NCBI GenBank assembly: GCA_021780375.1 | Contig: JAJXYT010000001.1 | Coordinates: forward strand, 304-64,303 | From: a bacterium | GTDB lineage: Bacteria; Verrucomicrobiota; Verrucomicrobiia; Limisphaerales; UBA11358 | Direction: 5' to 3' | DNA: 64,000 nucleotides | Part shown: positions 18,983 to 27,329 of the stretch, piece by piece | Layout: each line of letters starts with the position of its first letter | Position numbering within the stretch: the stretch's first letter is position 1 | Made by a program: the position numbers and the translations under genes | The notes under the pieces: generated by a model | What the model saw: only the letters and a program-made list of their open reading frames with translations | What the model was told of the DNA's origin: nothing | The model's database searches: none

Positions 18983-19516
18983 TCAATTGCCGGCAACGAT
19001 ATGTTGGCCTTCCGCTTTGAATCCTTCGTGGAAAGCGACCGTGCCCTGCGGAGTACGCCCGCCGAAAGACAGAGCGAAGAAGACCTCCGGCGGCACTCCC
19101 TCAGGCACAAGGCCAGGCATGTTTTTGAATCCGAATTTCCTGTAGTAATCCGGGTGTCCCACGAGACAACATCCTTGAGCGTTCATCTCTTTCAAACGTG
19201 ACAACCCTTCTCTCATCAGGGCTTTGCCGATGCCCTTGCGCTGGTGCTCCGGCAAAACGGAAACCGGTCCCAGGCCGTACCAGTTCGGGGTGCCGTCGGA
19301 AATGGTCACGGGCGAGAAAGCAATATGGCCGATCACCCGGCCATCCGTTTCTGCGACCAGCGATACCGTCAGAGCCTTGGCGGCCCGCAGCGCCTCGATG
19401 ATGAACTGCTCCGTGTGGTGGCTGATCGCCAGGGTCTTGAACGCCGCGATCGTCACCTCAGTGATCGGGCCAACATCGTCCGGCGTCTCGTTCCGGATAA
19501 CGAACTTTGGATTCAT
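18983..19516 (-). CDS. GNAT family N-acetyltransferase (YhbS-like)
   Basis: Acetyl-CoA binding motif QRKGIGKALM. 177 aa. Confidence 0.8.
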   Translation of the reverse strand: MNPKFVIRNETPDDVGPITEVTIAAFKTLAISHHTEQFIIEALRAAKALTVSLVAETDGRVIGHIAFSPVTISDGTPNWYGLGPVSVLPEHQRKGIGKALMREGLSRLKEMNAQGCCLVGHPDYYRKFGFKNMPGLVPEGVPPEVFFALSFGGRTPQGTVAFHEGFKAEGQHIVAGN

Positions 19517-19545
19517 GGTTTCATATTCCTCACTCTTCAGGCCAA

Positions 19546-21090
19546 CTATCGGGCTTCGCCAACCAGCAGCGGCGGATGGGTCGGGCCAAAATTCACGCTG
19601 TATTCGACATTGAGCAGCAACACGCGCTCACCGGCGAAACGGCAGGTGAACGTGATGGCCAGCGGCGTTTCGTAATAGGCCAGTTTCACCGTGTAGGTGT
19701 CGTCCGTCGTCCACGCACCGCTGGCGGCAATTGGTTGCTCGACCGGCGCCGCCACCCAGGAATCCACACCGGCATTAAAAGCGGTCCGCTGCTTTTTCCA
19801 AACACCACAACCACAGGCAATGCGATATTCCTGACCTAGACTGCGCACCACGAGGGTTGCATCCTTCCCTTTGAATTCCAGTGTCACCGCGTCCAGGTTC
19901 CGGGCGTTGGTCGGAAACAGATAAGTCCGGCCCGATACTTGTGCGGCGATGGCCGAGGTGGCTGAACCTTGCGGCTGGTGCAACGTCAGGCCGGCCAGTG
20001 CGTGTTCCAGTTTCCGGTCCGTTTCAGCATCCGCCGGCAGTGGCGTCGGCTGCATGGCCGGGAGCAGTTTGTCCCAGACCAGGTTCATGACGGCCTGCAT
20101 GTCCCTCGTGCCGCTGGTGATGGCGACCACGGCGTCCTGTTGCGGCATTACGATGCAGAACTGTCCGAACGCGCCGTCGCCGCGATAAAGGCCGTGCCGG
20201 CAGCGCCAGAATTGATAGCCATAGCCCTGGTCCCAATCGCTGGTCGGCTCGCTGCCATTGGAGGTCTGCCGCGCGGTGGCGGTTTCCACCCACGCCGCCG
20301 GCAACAGTCGTTTCCCATTCCACATGCCTTTCTGCAAATAAAGCAGCCCAAACCGCGCGATGTCTTCCGTCCGGATATTCAACCCAACACCGCCGAATGT
20401 GACGCCTTGCGGGCTCGCGTCCCAGGTCGGGTTCGCAATGCCCAGCGGTTGGAAAAGCCGCGGCTGGAGATAGTCGAACACAGTTTGGCCGGTCACCTTT
20501 TGCACGATGGCCGACAGCATGTAACTGCCCGGTGTGTTATAGACGAACAGCGTGCCGGGTTTGCAGGCCACCGGCGCGGCGAGGAAGGCCCTGGCAATAT
20601 TTTCGCCTGAACGGGCAGAGTTTCTCATCGCCTCGTCCACGTGGGCCACGGTATTCGAATCCTGGCCGCTGGACATGATCAACAAATCCCGCACGCGCAT
20701 GGCCTTCAAATAAGTGCCGGGATGGGGTGGCGCGTCCTCCGGAAAAAAGGAAAGCACCGGATCGTCCAGGCTGAGTTTCCCTTCGGCAATCGCCAGCCCG
20801 ACGGCGGTGGCGGTGAAGCTTTTGCTCAACGAAAACAGCTTGTGCGGAATGTCCGGACCGTAGGGCGACCACCAGCCTGCGGCCACCACCTGACCGTGTC
20901 GCACCAGCATGAAACTCTGGATGGCATTGGTCGTAACGGATTGCTCATCGGCGGCCTTGACGAAGGCCAGAATGGCAGCGGAAGAAATCCCCTGCTCTTC
21001 CGGCGTGCTGCGCGGCAGGGATGTACTTTCCGCCGAAGCGCCAACGACACCCAGACAGGCAAAGAACGCGGCGACAATGAATGTTTTCAT
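19546..21090 (-). CDS. Serine hydrolase / beta-lactamase-family protein
   Basis: Signal peptide from ATG 21090 (MKTFIVAAFFACLGVVGASA) and an SxxK motif (SLSKSF). Confidence 0.8.
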   Translation of the reverse strand: MKTFIVAAFFACLGVVGASAESTSLPRSTPEEQGISSAAILAFVKAADEQSVTTNAIQSFMLVRHGQVVAAGWWSPYGPDIPHKLFSLSKSFTATAVGLAIAEGKLSLDDPVLSFFPEDAPPHPGTYLKAMRVRDLLIMSSGQDSNTVAHVDEAMRNSARSGENIARAFLAAPVACKPGTLFVYNTPGSYMLSAIVQKVTGQTVFDYLQPRLFQPLGIANPTWDASPQGVTFGGVGLNIRTEDIARFGLLYLQKGMWNGKRLLPAAWVETATARQTSNGSEPTSDWDQGYGYQFWRCRHGLYRGDGAFGQFCIVMPQQDAVVAITSGTRDMQAVMNLVWDKLLPAMQPTPLPADAETDRKLEHALAGLTLHQPQGSATSAIAAQVSGRTYLFPTNARNLDAVTLEFKGKDATLVVRSLGQEYRIACGCGVWKKQRTAFNAGVDSWVAAPVEQPIAASGAWTTDDTYTVKLAYYETPLAITFTCRFAGERVLLLNVEYSVNFGPTHPPLLVGEAR

Positions 21091-21166
21091 GATGCTGGTG
21101 GAAACAAGTTGAGAGACGAATGCGTGGTGCATGAAATCCGGGAGCATTTTGAGCGGCAGAACCCGG

Positions 21167-21598
21167 TTAATCCAGATTCAAATACTTCAATACTTCCGGC
21201 GGCGGGCCGCCGAATTTGGCCAGCGCCACGTTGCCGAGATATTGAATGTCCTTCCAGCCCTGCGGCGTCGTGTAAAACCCGCCGGCTGTCAGGTTTCGGA
21301 ATTTGGCAAAAAACCAGGCAGCGGTTTTAAATCCGGGTTTCGCTCTGGGCACAAAACAAATATCATCGCAGATATCGTGCTTTTGCTTGTCGTTCAAATC
21401 GGCAAACACCCTGGCAAAGCGTTTTTCAGATTCTTTTTCCAACCAGGCCAGTCCATTCAGGATTTCCTCCCGGTCGGCCCGTTGGCCGGGGTACGGCGCG
21501 CTGATCCCTTCGTCAATGAAATCCGGCACGCCCAGACTGCTGACACTGGGCGACTTGTCATCAGCGGGTAGGGACGCCGCGCTGCGGCGTCCGGTCAT
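21167..21598 (-). CDS. Gluconate 2-dehydrogenase subunit 3-family protein (orphan small subunit)
   Basis: Tat-like N-terminus (MTGRRSAA) and a C-terminal block GGFYTTPQGWKDIQYLGN typical of this family. The longer track ORF runs through a repeat. Confidence 0.55.
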   Translation of the reverse strand: MTGRRSAASLPADDKSPSVSSLGVPDFIDEGISAPYPGQRADREEILNGLAWLEKESEKRFARVFADLNDKQKHDICDDICFVPRAKPGFKTAAWFFAKFRNLTAGGFYTTPQGWKDIQYLGNVALAKFGGPPPEVLKYLNLD

Positions 21599-21763
21599 CG
21601 CGGCGCGATGACCCTGCCACGCCGGGTTTCTTTGCCATAAATTGAGATCAGGAAATGCGCGTCCGCTCGTCAATGAGTCCGCAAACTTCATACCGTGGTT
21701 CAAAGGGAGGATAGGCGGAGCAAAGTCGCTGGAGTGGCTCTGGGAGCGGACAAACGGCCAAAA

Positions 21764-21793
21764 ATCCGTGTTCATCCGTGTCCATCCGTGGTA
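21764..21793 (+). repeat. 30-nt ATCCGTG decamer block (copy upstream of gatB)
   Basis: atccgtgttcatccgtgtccatccgtggta ends 16 nt before the gatB ATG. Confidence 0.75.
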
Positions 21794-21809
21794 AAAATCC
21801 TCCGCGACT

Positions 21810-23306
21810 ATGGACTACGAAGCGGTCATCGGCCTGGAAACCCACGTCCAGCTCAAGACGAAATCGAAGATGTGGTGCGGCTGCGCCAACGCGTTCGGCT
21901 CGCCGCCGAACACGAATGTTTGCCCGGTCTGCCTCGGCCTGCCCGGCGTATTGCCCGTCGCCAACGAGGAAGCGTTGAAGCTCACTGCGCTCACCGGTTT
22001 GTTGTTGAACTGCCGGATTCCACCTCGCGCGAAGTTCGACCGGAAGAATTATTTCTACCCGGACATGCCCAAGAACTACCAGATTACGCAATACGACCAG
22101 CCGTCCACCGCGAACGGCTACGTGGATTTCGAGTTTAACGGCGGCATTGCCCGCGTGCGCATCACCCGCGCCCATCTGGAGGAAGACGTCGGCAAGAGTT
22201 TCCATTTCGAGCGCAACAGTGGTGTGGATTTCAACCGCGCCGGGGTGCCATTGATGGAAATTGTCTCCGAACCGGACCTTACCAGCGCGGACATGGCCTA
22301 CGAATATCTCAACGCCCTCAAGGACATTCTGGTTTATGGCGGCGTGAGCGATTGCGACATGGAAAAGGGCATGGTGCGTTGCGACGTGAACGTGAGCGTG
22401 CGGCCGGTCGGCACCAGGGAACTGGGCGCCAAGATCGAAATCAAGAACATGAACAGCTTCTCCGGCGTGCGCCGCGCCCTGGAATACGAAATCCCGCGCC
22501 AGATTGAAGTGCTGAGCAAGGGCGGCAAACTGATCCAATCCACTCGCCGCTGGGACGACGCGGCGGGCGTGACCGAGGAAATGCGCACCAAAGAACACGC
22601 GCATGATTACCGCTATTTCCCCGACCCGGACCTGATGCCATTTGCGCCAACGGAACCGTGGCTGGCGGACGTGAAATCGCGCGCGGTCGAATTGCCATTG
22701 GCGCGCAAACAGCGGTTCATGAAGGATTATGGTTTGCCGGCATCGGACGCCGAAACGTTCAAGAACGACGTGCCGCTGGGCAATTATTTTGAAGGCATTG
22801 CCAAACAGTCGAAAAATCCGAAAGCGGTCGCGAACTGGGTGATCAACAATTTGCGGGCGAAACTTTCTGAGAGTAGGAGCCGAGGTAACGAGGCTCTCAC
22901 TGAAAACGGCAAGAATGGTCAGAGCCTCCTCACGTCGGCTCCTGCGGAATTAACGCTGGCCGACTTGAAATTCAAACCGGAAGCGATCCTGGAGCTGGCC
23001 AACCTGGTCGAAGCCAGAACCATCAGCAGTTCCGCGGCGCAGCAGGTGTTTGCCGAAATGTTCGACACCGGCAAATCGCCCACGGCCATCGTCCAGGAAA
23101 AAGGCCTGGCGCAGGTCAGCGACACGGGGGCGATTGAGAAATTCTGCGACGAAGCCATTGCGGCTAATCCGGGCCCCGTTGCCGATTTCAAATCCGGCAA
23201 GGTGGCCGCGTTGAATTTCCTGAAAGGCCAGGTGATGAAATTGAGCAAGGGCAAGGCAAACCCGGCGCTGGCGGGTGAGATTCTGGAAAGAAAACTGAAA
23301 GGGTGA
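21810..23306 (+). CDS. gatB: Asp/Glu-tRNA amidotransferase subunit B
   Basis: GatB-like over its full length (GLETHVQL, CPVCLGLPG, NFDRKNYFYPD-like block, C-terminal YqeY-like domain). It carries a ~24-aa insertion (see repeat 22873-22945). Confidence 0.93.
   Translation: MDYEAVIGLETHVQLKTKSKMWCGCANAFGSPPNTNVCPVCLGLPGVLPVANEEALKLTALTGLLLNCRIPPRAKFDRKNYFYPDMPKNYQITQYDQPSTANGYVDFEFNGGIARVRITRAHLEEDVGKSFHFERNSGVDFNRAGVPLMEIVSEPDLTSADMAYEYLNALKDILVYGGVSDCDMEKGMVRCDVNVSVRPVGTRELGAKIEIKNMNSFSGVRRALEYEIPRQIEVLSKGGKLIQSTRRWDDAAGVTEEMRTKEHAHDYRYFPDPDLMPFAPTEPWLADVKSRAVELPLARKQRFMKDYGLPASDAETFKNDVPLGNYFEGIAKQSKNPKAVANWVINNLRAKLSESRSRGNEALTENGKNGQSLLTSAPAELTLADLKFKPEAILELANLVEARTISSSAAQQVFAEMFDTGKSPTAIVQEKGLAQVSDTGAIEKFCDEAIAANPGPVADFKSGKVAALNFLKGQVMKLSKGKANPALAGEILERKLKG
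22873..22945. repeat. Double-hairpin palindromic element, copy 2, inside the gatB reading frame
   Basis: gtaggagccgaggtaacgaggctc, 25-nt spacer, gagcctcctcacgtcggctcctgc. The long-range arms are complementary (aggagccga/tcggctcct, gaggctct/agagcctc). It has the same unit-spacer-unit geometry as 5522-5596 and 25345-25418. Confidence 0.7.
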
Positions 23307-23320
23307 TTCCTGGAACGAAA

Positions 23321-24298
23321 TCACCCGCCAATGGCCGTCATCGGGCGCAGCGGCTGGTAGAGGTCACGAAACTGATGTTCCTGGGGCTTCAAGCGCAAGG
23401 CTTCCAGGAATAACTGCCGCAACGGCGTATCGTCACTGTGATGGCGCAGGGCTTCGCGCAAATCAATTTCGCCATGGTTGCCCAGGCACGGCCGGATCTT
23501 CCCGTCCGCCGTGAGCCGCATTTTGTTGCAGCTCTCGCAAAATTGCAGATTCGTCAGCGCCCCGACAAAACCCACCAGCGCGCCGGTTTGTTTCAGCAAA
23601 TAATATTTCGCCGGGCCATGGCCGATCTTCACCTCCGGCTGGGGAATCAATTCGTCGCGCTGGCCGAGCAACCGCATTACTTCGCCGACGGGCAGGAAAT
23701 TTTTTTCCGTCAGCACGTCCGTCCGCGTCAACGGCATCAGCTCGATCAACCGGAGCGGGAGGCGGTGTTCGGCGGCAAACAGGACGAGCGGCCAGAGCTC
23801 CTGCTCGTTCACGCCGCGCATGAGCACGCAGTTCAGTTTCACGCGGTCGAATCCGGCCGCCACCGCGGCGCGAATGCCGGCAATGACCGCGTTCACGTCG
23901 CCGCCGGTCACCTGCCGGTACACCCGCGGATCCAAGGCATCGAGACTGAGGTTGACCGTGTTGGTTCCGGCGTCGCGCAACGGCTGCGCCAGCCCGGCCA
24001 GTTTGATCCCGTTCGTCGAAAGACCGATGACTTCCACGCCGGAAATTTTTCTCATGCCCTGGACGATCTCCAAAATGTCGCCGCGCACCAGCGGTTCGCC
24101 GCCGGTCAGCCGGAATTTTCGGAAGCCCAGCTCCGCCGCCACCCGCACCGCGCGGATGATTTCGTCTGCGGTCAAATGGTCCTGGCGGCGTTCCCAGCCT
24201 TTGTAACCTTCCGGCATGCAGTAGAGACACCGTTCGTTGCAACGATCAGTGATCGAAATGCGCAAATAATCAACCGTGCGCCCAAACGTATCGTTCAT
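23321..24298 (-). CDS. moaA: GTP 3',8-cyclase (radical SAM)
   Basis: CNERCLYC radical-SAM cluster motif. MoaA length, with a C-terminal second cluster region. Confidence 0.92.
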   Translation of the reverse strand: MNDTFGRTVDYLRISITDRCNERCLYCMPEGYKGWERRQDHLTADEIIRAVRVAAELGFRKFRLTGGEPLVRGDILEIVQGMRKISGVEVIGLSTNGIKLAGLAQPLRDAGTNTVNLSLDALDPRVYRQVTGGDVNAVIAGIRAAVAAGFDRVKLNCVLMRGVNEQELWPLVLFAAEHRLPLRLIELMPLTRTDVLTEKNFLPVGEVMRLLGQRDELIPQPEVKIGHGPAKYYLLKQTGALVGFVGALTNLQFCESCNKMRLTADGKIRPCLGNHGEIDLREALRHHSDDTPLRQLFLEALRLKPQEHQFRDLYQPLRPMTAIGG

Positions 24299-24302
24299 TT
24301 TC

Positions 24303-24791
24303 TTAACTTTGGTGCGGGTCTTCGCCCCGCAAATGGGCCATGCCTTCGCGGATCGCCGGCGCGAGAATCTCCAGACACTCGCGCACCGCCGAAGGTTTGC
24401 CGGGCAAATTCACAATCAATGTCCTCCCGCGCGTGCCGGCCAGCGCGCGCGATAAAATGGCCGTTTTCACCCGGGTCAGCGATTGCATTCGCATCGCTTC
24501 GCTGAAGCCCGGCAATTCCTTTTCCAAAACCGGCCGCGTCGCCTCCGGCGTCACGTCGCGGACGGCAATGCCGGTGCCTCCCGTCGTCACCACCAGGTCA
24601 CACCTTAATTCATCCGCGAATTTTTTCAACGTTGCGGAAATTGTTTCCACCTCATCCGGGACCACCGCCTGTTCAAATCCGGCCTCGTTGCCAAAGAATT
24701 CTTCCAATACCTTCTCGATCTCCGGCCCGCTGCGGTCTTCGTAAATTCCCGCCGAGGCACGGTCACTGACGGTGATGCGCCCGATTTTCAT
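24303..24791 (-). CDS. mog: Molybdopterin adenylyltransferase / MoaB-MogA family
   Basis: TTGGTG motif, MogA-like length from ATG 24791. The track N-terminal extension is encoded by hairpin repeat 24802-24876. Confidence 0.8.
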   Translation of the reverse strand: MKIGRITVSDRASAGIYEDRSGPEIEKVLEEFFGNEAGFEQAVVPDEVETISATLKKFADELRCDLVVTTGGTGIAVRDVTPEATRPVLEKELPGFSEAMRMQSLTRVKTAILSRALAGTRGRTLIVNLPGKPSAVRECLEILAPAIREGMAHLRGEDPHQS

Positions 24792-24801
24792 GGTAGCACC
24801 C

Positions 24802-24876
24802 GGGAGCGCCGGCGTCTCGCCGGCGTGTTGCAGGGTTCCAAATTCAAATACTCGCCGGCGAGACGCCCCCACTCCC
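24802..24876. repeat. GC-rich ~75-nt hairpin (GGGAGCGCC... / ...CACTCCC)
   Basis: The arms gggagcgccggcgtctcgccggcg and cgccggcgagacgcccccactccc are complementary at 21/24, with a 27-nt loop. It lies in the mog-moaC spacer. Confidence 0.65.
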
Positions 24877-24888
24877 GGAACAAGCCAT

Positions 24889-25341
24889 TCATTGTTTTGT
24901 TTTCTCCACGACGCGGATGCCTTCGATCCGCATTGTTTTATCCACCGCCTTGCACATGTCGTAAAGGGTGAGCGCCGCGACGCTCACGCCGGTCAGCGCT
25001 TCCAGTTCGACGCCCGTCTGCGAATGGGTTTCCGCCGCGCAAACGATTTCAATGGCCGCGGCCCGGACGCGAAAGGTTATGGCCACGTGGTGGAGCGCCA
25101 GCGGATGGCAAAGCGGAATCAATTCGCCGGCGCGTTTAGCCGCCTGTATCCCCGCAATTTGCGCCACGGTCAAAACGTCACCTTTGGGCAGCGCGTTCTT
25201 TTTAAGGGCGCGAACGGTCGCGGGCCGGCAAATCAATTTGCCTTCGGCGACCGCGCGGCGGCGCTGGACCGGTTTGTGGCCGACGTTTACCATGCGCGCC
25301 CCGCCGGCTTCGTCCAGATGCGAAAATTTATGTGTTTTCAC
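24889..25341 (-). CDS. moaC: Cyclic pyranopterin monophosphate synthase
   Basis: MoaC-like throughout (FSHLDEAGGARMVNVGHK..., LIPLCHPL). GTG 25341 is chosen as the start. Confidence 0.88.
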   Translation of the reverse strand: MKTHKFSHLDEAGGARMVNVGHKPVQRRRAVAEGKLICRPATVRALKKNALPKGDVLTVAQIAGIQAAKRAGELIPLCHPLALHHVAITFRVRAAAIEIVCAAETHSQTGVELEALTGVSVAALTLYDMCKAVDKTMRIEGIRVVEKTKQ

Positions 25342-25344
25342 TTC

Positions 25345-25418
25345 GTAGCAGCCGATGTGAATCGGCTCATTCTCGAGTCTCCGCCGAAAGGTTAGAGCGG
25401 ACTCACGTCCGCTGCTAC
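25345..25418. repeat. Double-hairpin palindromic element, full copy 3
   Basis: gtagcagccgatgtgaatcggctc, 26-nt spacer, gagcggactcacgtccgctgctac. It exactly fills the moeA-moaC spacer. Confidence 0.85.
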
Positions 25419-25420
25419 AA

Positions 25421-27064
25421 TTATTCGGTGGTGGTCGGCAAAAAATCCACGATTGCGCCTGATTCAATTGAGCCGCGGTTCGCCGGCACCCGGATCAACG
25501 CATTCGTTTCCGTCAGACACGTCACGTCGCCGGAACTTACCCACGCTAGCGGATGCAAACCCGCCGCATCCCGGCGTGCCGGCCACAGAGTTTCGCGCGG
25601 ATTCGGCCCGTCTTCAAGCTTCGCTGCCAGTGTGCCGCGCCGAAATTCCGGCGGTGCGCCACCAGTCAGTTTTGCCAGGGCCGCCGCCACAAACAGATGG
25701 AAACAGACGAAATGCGACAGCGGATTGCCCGGCAAGCCGAAGGCAATGCGCCCGCCCTTTTGGCCGAAAATCAGCGGCCGGCCGGGACGAACGTTGACCT
25801 GTGAAAAAATGATTTCAAAGCCGAGGGATTCGAGCAACGGGCGGGTAAAATCCTTTTCCCCCACGCTCGCCCCGCCGGAAACCAGCAATACATCCGCGTC
25901 GCCAACCGTCGATTGCCGATGGCTGATTTTCGATTTTGCCAGCTCGAACTTTTCCGGCCAATGCGCTTGTTCCAGATGGCAGGGATATTTTTGGAGCAAA
26001 TTGCGGATCAAAATCGAATTGCTGTCACGGATCTGTCCCGGTTTTGGCGTTTGTTCCGGCAAAATAATTTCGTCACCGGTGGTAAAATGGCAGACCCGCA
26101 ATCGCGGGCTGACGAGCGGTTGCGTGCCGCCCACGGTCGCCAGCAACGCCAGAGTTCCGGCGCCGAGTTTTACACCCGGCTGCAAAACGGCTTCACCCGT
26201 GCGCAGCTCTTCACCGCGCCGGCGCACATTCGATGCGGATTCACGGCGGAGAATTCTGATCCGGTCGCCCGTGCGTTCGACATTTTCCTGCATGAGCACC
26301 CGTAAATGTTCACACGGCAACGTCGCGCCGGTCGCAACCCGGACAGTTTCGCCAATTTTCAATTCGCGCGGTTTCCAATCGGCGGCGTGCAGCGTGTCCA
26401 CGACCCGGAAAATCTCCGACTCGTCGTTCGGCAAAATGGCATAGCCGTCGCGCGTGGAGCGGTCGCCATCGGGAAAATCTTCGGACGCACAAATGGTTTC
26501 GCGCAGCACGCGGCCGAAACATGCTTCCAACGGTGTACGAACGGCAGGCAATGGCTGGCAGTGCGTGTGGATTTCGGCAAGGGCGTCGTCCAGTGACCGA
26601 ACGCTTTGTAGCCGCCGATGCGAATCGGCGGACTGATGGGAACCGGAAATCCGCAAATTCACATTTGCGGCTACGGACGATAAGGCCTGGCGTTTCCAGA
26701 TCGGCACGTCCTGCTTCAGCCGGTCCATGAACTCCGCCAGCAGAGCAATGGCTTCGCCACGGTGGCTGGCGGCGATCCCAACATAAATCGCCGTTTCACC
26801 CACCGGAATGATTCCGATGCGATGGACAACCCTGGCCGCGAGGCAGGGATGCCGCGACGAAATTTCTTCCAGCAACCGCCGAATTTCGCGCGCGGCCATT
26901 TCGGGATAAGCCTCGTATTCAAGCGCCGAAATGCTCTGCGCATTTTCCTCGCCGCGAACGACCCCGCGAAACTCCAGCCACGCACCGTGCCCGCCGATCG
27001 GCGGCGGGGACATTTTCTCCGCAACCGGCTCGTGTAGGAGTTGAATCTCGATTTCCATGCTCAA
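25421..27064 (-). CDS. Fusion protein: MoaE (molybdopterin synthase catalytic subunit) plus MoeA (molybdopterin molybdenumtransferase)
   Basis: The N-terminal ~130 aa are MoaE-like (ALEYEAYPEMA..., VGETAIYVGIAASHRGEA..., VPIWKRQ). The remaining ~400 aa are MoeA-like (STRDGYAI..., LVSGGASVGEKDF). Confidence 0.82.
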   Translation of the reverse strand: MSMEIEIQLLHEPVAEKMSPPPIGGHGAWLEFRGVVRGEENAQSISALEYEAYPEMAAREIRRLLEEISSRHPCLAARVVHRIGIIPVGETAIYVGIAASHRGEAIALLAEFMDRLKQDVPIWKRQALSSVAANVNLRISGSHQSADSHRRLQSVRSLDDALAEIHTHCQPLPAVRTPLEACFGRVLRETICASEDFPDGDRSTRDGYAILPNDESEIFRVVDTLHAADWKPRELKIGETVRVATGATLPCEHLRVLMQENVERTGDRIRILRRESASNVRRRGEELRTGEAVLQPGVKLGAGTLALLATVGGTQPLVSPRLRVCHFTTGDEIILPEQTPKPGQIRDSNSILIRNLLQKYPCHLEQAHWPEKFELAKSKISHRQSTVGDADVLLVSGGASVGEKDFTRPLLESLGFEIIFSQVNVRPGRPLIFGQKGGRIAFGLPGNPLSHFVCFHLFVAAALAKLTGGAPPEFRRGTLAAKLEDGPNPRETLWPARRDAAGLHPLAWVSSGDVTCLTETNALIRVPANRGSIESGAIVDFLPTTTE

Positions 27065-27068
27065 CCTT

Positions 27069-27308
27069 TCAACCGCCTGACACCGGCGGTATCAAGGCGA
27101 CTTCATCATCGTTTGAAAACAGCGTGTCCGACGCGGCGTATTCCCAATTCCGGGACAGGCGCACCTGGGCGCGATGGGCGGCGAGCGCGGGAAATTGTTT
27201 CAGCAATTCCGCCCAGAATTGCTCTGAGTTCAATGACGAGGGCGGCGCGAGTTCAATCGAATCGCAACCGGTGGCGTCCTTGAGTTGGGCGAAAAACAGC
27301 ACGCGCAT
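27069..27308 (-). CDS. moaD: Molybdopterin synthase sulfur carrier subunit
   Basis: 79 aa, ubiquitin-like, ending in PPVSGG. It lies immediately upstream of moaE. Confidence 0.8.
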   Translation of the reverse strand: MRVLFFAQLKDATGCDSIELAPPSSLNSEQFWAELLKQFPALAAHRAQVRLSRNWEYAASDTLFSNDDEVALIPPVSGG

Positions 27309-27329
27309 TGAAATTATTTAGCAGCAGTT

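Noticed and set aside
20650-20670. tRNA-like T-loop word (ggtattcgaatcc), and a general look for tRNA/rRNA genes.
   Set aside because: The word lies inside the serine-hydrolase coding region and has no acceptor or anticodon stem context. No cloverleaf-compatible segment was noticed in any intergenic region. tRNAscan-SE would be the decisive check.
16345-21775. Idea that the cytochrome/GNAT/beta-lactamase-like/small-subunit cluster between the RND operon and gatB is a defence or toxin-antitoxin island.
   Set aside because: No nuclease, ATPase, methylase, reverse transcriptase, toxin-antitoxin pair or integrase signatures were seen. The genes look like unrelated metabolic or envelope functions with host-like composition.
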